Assembly (NCBI GenBank): GCA_001662655.1
Contig: KV460288.1
DNA length: 22,011 nucleotides
Direction: 5' to 3' (one strand)
Origin: Pseudogymnoascus verrucosus
Taxonomy: Eukaryota
The notes beneath the pieces were generated by a model that saw only the letters and a list, made by a program, of their open reading frames with translations, made no database searches and had not been told where the DNA came from. The stretch's first letter is position 1; each line of letters starts with the position of its first letter. Shown one piece after another: positions 19,344 through 22,011 of this stretch. The position numbers were made by a program, and so were the translations under genes.

Positions 19344-22011
19344 CAGTGTTCGGCACGGATACCAAAATACCCGTGGTATCCGGGTATATCCTCGAGTAAT
19401 TACCTACCCGGCGATATTTTAGGAGTATCCGGCGTATCCGGATACTCTCGAGTAGTATCCGGATACATGCCAAGAATAGCCAAGAATAGCCAAGACCTCT
19501 TTTTTCCAACGTCGTGAGACCTGTAGTAATGCTGTATAAAGTGATAATTATCCTCAGAATGAGCGACTCGTCGTTATCAGATATACCGACAGAGCTTGAG
19601 GGCTATGATAGCTATGATACTCATAATGAGCCAAGTCTGCCGACGCTGCCGCCCCCTATTCATATTCAACAGGATTTTAATCCTACACCGCTCCGACTTC
19701 AGCCTCCAGGACAAATGCTGCCACCGACGTCGTCAATACTATTTACAAAGCTATTGTATTCGCGATTGATACTTGATAGCCACCCACCTACAGTTAAAGT
19801 AACTTGCTTGCAACCAGACTGCGGATATTCACCTACTCCGCAGCCATTAAGTCAGACATCAACTGGTAATCTTTGGAAGCACTATACCCTAAAGCATCCA
19901 ACAGTAGCATATACAATGAAAGGTCCTACGATTACGCCGTCAAGCCCATCAAGTAGTGCATCGTCGTTTTTTGAGCCACGGCCGCGGAACCCGCAAGTCC
20001 AGCCTGCTCAAGCTCAAGCATCAAATCGTAGAGCAAAATACCGAGAGTTATTACTCTCATTTGTTGTATCGAATAACCTCTCCTTACGACTTATTGAGAG
20101 CTATTCGTTCCATCAATTAGTACACTTCTTAAGCCCAAGTACTCTGTCGATATCGTCACGAACGCTACACCGAGAGCTACAGCGGCAATTCTCATATCAC
20201 CGAGGATTGCTACAATTAGAACTCCAGTCTCATATTACCTGTGGCGGCCGGATATCTATTACAACAGATGCATGGACTGCGCGGAACTATACTGAGTACG
20301 CTGCTGTCACAGGTCATTGGATTAATGAGAAGTGGCAGCACCGGTGCGTATTACTTGATGTAATCCACCTTCAAGAGCCAATTCATAGCGGTGAATATCT
20401 TGCTCAAGAGTTAGCTGCAGTAACAGATAGCTTCGAAATTACAGGTGCTATCTTTACTTGTACGCGGGATAATGCCTCAGCGAATACTGTGATGCTTTCG
20501 GAATATGAGAAAATAGCTAGTGAGCAGCAGACGACTATTCAACAGCCATGGACGTTTACTGTAAAGGAAGGGGACGTTCGGTGTATTGCTCATATTATCA
20601 ATCTTGCAGTTCAAGCTGCTCTAAAGAGCTTGAAAGCTAGCCCAGATACAGAAACAGAAGCGTACTGGTGTGAGCAAGGGCTTGCCCGGATTCCGCAGCG
20701 TATTAATAACGCTTCTACTGAAGTATCAGCTACGCTTGAGAAGCTCCGAAGGCATATTTATGTCTTTCGAAACCGAAGAGCATGGAAGGATGCTTTACAG
20801 AAGCAGATAAAAGCTGCAGGCCAGAAGCCACGCCAGTTGTCACTTGATATGCCTGTACGCTGGAATTCAACGTACTATATGCTTGAAACAGCTATAAAGC
20901 TTCGAATACCAATTACTGCAGTATGCTCAACGCAGAAGCTTGATATTAGTATGAAGGATATTGCGTTAACAAGTAACGATTGGGCTATTATTGAAGCTCT
21001 TGAACGATTATTCTTAATATTCTTAAAGCCGTCAAGACGGCTACAAAGCGATTCATATCCAACGCTTAACTTTACTATTCCTCTTTACTTAAAGATGATA
21101 AATAAGGTCACATCGCTACAAGAAGAGCTTGGTAGAAGCTCTGCAATTGGAGTAGCTTGTGGAGCTGCGCTTCAAAAGCTTAATGAGTATTATACTCTTA
21201 CGACGAATCAGCAGTGTAAGCACTCAGCTGTTGCTACAATTTGCGACCCACGAATGAATCATACAGTATTCAAGAAGATATATCCAAATGCTATAGATGA
21301 TACACGAAGATTACGAGCAAGAGCGCAGTTCGAAGACGTTTGTAGAACGTACCAAAAGCGAGAGTATCACCTTGATACAGAGCGAATTACCCACGAAACA
21401 GCTCTTGCAGAAGCAATAGGTGCTACTGCCACAATAGATCAAGAACCCGATTCCGACGAAGATCTATTTGCGTCAGAAGGCTTAGCTTTTCAAGAGCCAG
21501 AATGGAGGCGCTGGATGCTTGAACCACGGCCTGGTGAGCATACCGATATTCTCAAATATTGGTGCGCAAAGCAATACCAATATCCAGTTATTGCCCGTAT
21601 TGCTCGAGATCATCTAGCAATTCCAGCGACCTCTGCAGCTTCTGAGCGGGTATTTAGTAATGGAAGTGATATTATCACAAAGAAGCGGAACAGGTTGTCA
21701 CCGCCTACTATTAGATATTTACTGTGCTTACGGAATTGGGGTAAAATACAGGAGGCTGATAGCGATGGTGATGATGCTGACGATGAAGCACCTGAATAGA
21801 GGCTTACGGAAAAGGGGGGGGTCTTGCGGTAAGGGGTTTACTATTATCAAAAGCTTCATTTTTTTTTATATACGCTATTCCTATTTTTATATACGATATT
21901 CAGCCTCATGTATCCGGATACTTACCTACCCTACCCGTCAGATCGTCGCCGGGTATATACCCTACCCGTGGGGTTCACGGATACTACCCGGATACGTATC
22001 CGCCGAACACT
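19344..22011 (+). mobile_element. hAT-superfamily DNA transposon, apparently full length (~2.67 kb; terminal G expected at 22012)
   Basis: Left end CAGTGTTCGGCACGGATAC (19344-19362). The right end reads AGTGTTCGGCGGATAC on the minus strand (22011-21996). Subterminal GGATAC/GTATCC hexamers: 7 left, 5 right. Encloses a transposase ORF. Confidence 0.93.
19559..21799 (+). CDS. hAT transposase with BED zinc finger and C-terminal dimerisation domain (~746 aa from ATG 19559)
   Basis: BED finger CLQPDC...LWKHYTLKH, catalytic D in ITTDAWT and D in TRDNAS, RCIAH (CxxH), VRWNSTY, and catalytic E in IPATSAASERVFS. No stops or frameshifts. Confidence 0.95.
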   Translation: MSDSSLSDIPTELEGYDSYDTHNEPSLPTLPPPIHIQQDFNPTPLRLQPPGQMLPPTSSILFTKLLYSRLILDSHPPTVKVTCLQPDCGYSPTPQPLSQTSTGNLWKHYTLKHPTVAYTMKGPTITPSSPSSSASSFFEPRPRNPQVQPAQAQASNRRAKYRELLLSFVVSNNLSLRLIESYSFHQLVHFLSPSTLSISSRTLHRELQRQFSYHRGLLQLELQSHITCGGRISITTDAWTARNYTEYAAVTGHWINEKWQHRCVLLDVIHLQEPIHSGEYLAQELAAVTDSFEITGAIFTCTRDNASANTVMLSEYEKIASEQQTTIQQPWTFTVKEGDVRCIAHIINLAVQAALKSLKASPDTETEAYWCEQGLARIPQRINNASTEVSATLEKLRRHIYVFRNRRAWKDALQKQIKAAGQKPRQLSLDMPVRWNSTYYMLETAIKLRIPITAVCSTQKLDISMKDIALTSNDWAIIEALERLFLIFLKPSRRLQSDSYPTLNFTIPLYLKMINKVTSLQEELGRSSAIGVACGAALQKLNEYYTLTTNQQCKHSAVATICDPRMNHTVFKKIYPNAIDDTRRLRARAQFEDVCRTYQKREYHLDTERITHETALAEAIGATATIDQEPDSDEDLFASEGLAFQEPEWRRWMLEPRPGEHTDILKYWCAKQYQYPVIARIARDHLAIPATSAASERVFSNGSDIITKKRNRLSPPTIRYLLCLRNWGKIQEADSDGDDADDEAPE

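Overview
Eukaryotic DNA from a filamentous ascomycete, judged by short GT-AG introns with CTRAY branch points and fungal gene families. A Leotiomycete such as Pseudogymnoascus is only a guess. From left to right: the last exon of a cyclophilin, RNA Pol III subunit RPC34 (-), an RMD8/DUF155 gene (+), an atypical intron-containing tRNA-like gene (-) followed by a degenerate second tRNA-like unit, a 5-exon CinA/PncC-like gene (-), an orphan ORF with a duplicated 3' end (+), a ~477-nt nuclear RNase P RNA gene (-) that the ORF track cannot show, a 4-exon zinc-ribbon gene (+), a DUR3 urea transporter (+), ~2.2 kb of unexplained intergenic DNA with a perfect hairpin and a tandem repeat, TAF1 (-), and an apparently intact hAT transposon whose right TIR runs to the last base of the window. 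Two signals are the most unusual. The first is a tRNA-like gene whose best-fitting splice geometry gives a UCA (opal-reading) anticodon on a non-Sec, non-Glu body. The second is a complete spliceosomal-intron signature starting 20 nt after the RNase P RNA 3' end, resembling spliceosomal 3'-end cleavage of fungal telomerase RNA. All gene models were read by hand and no database searches were run.
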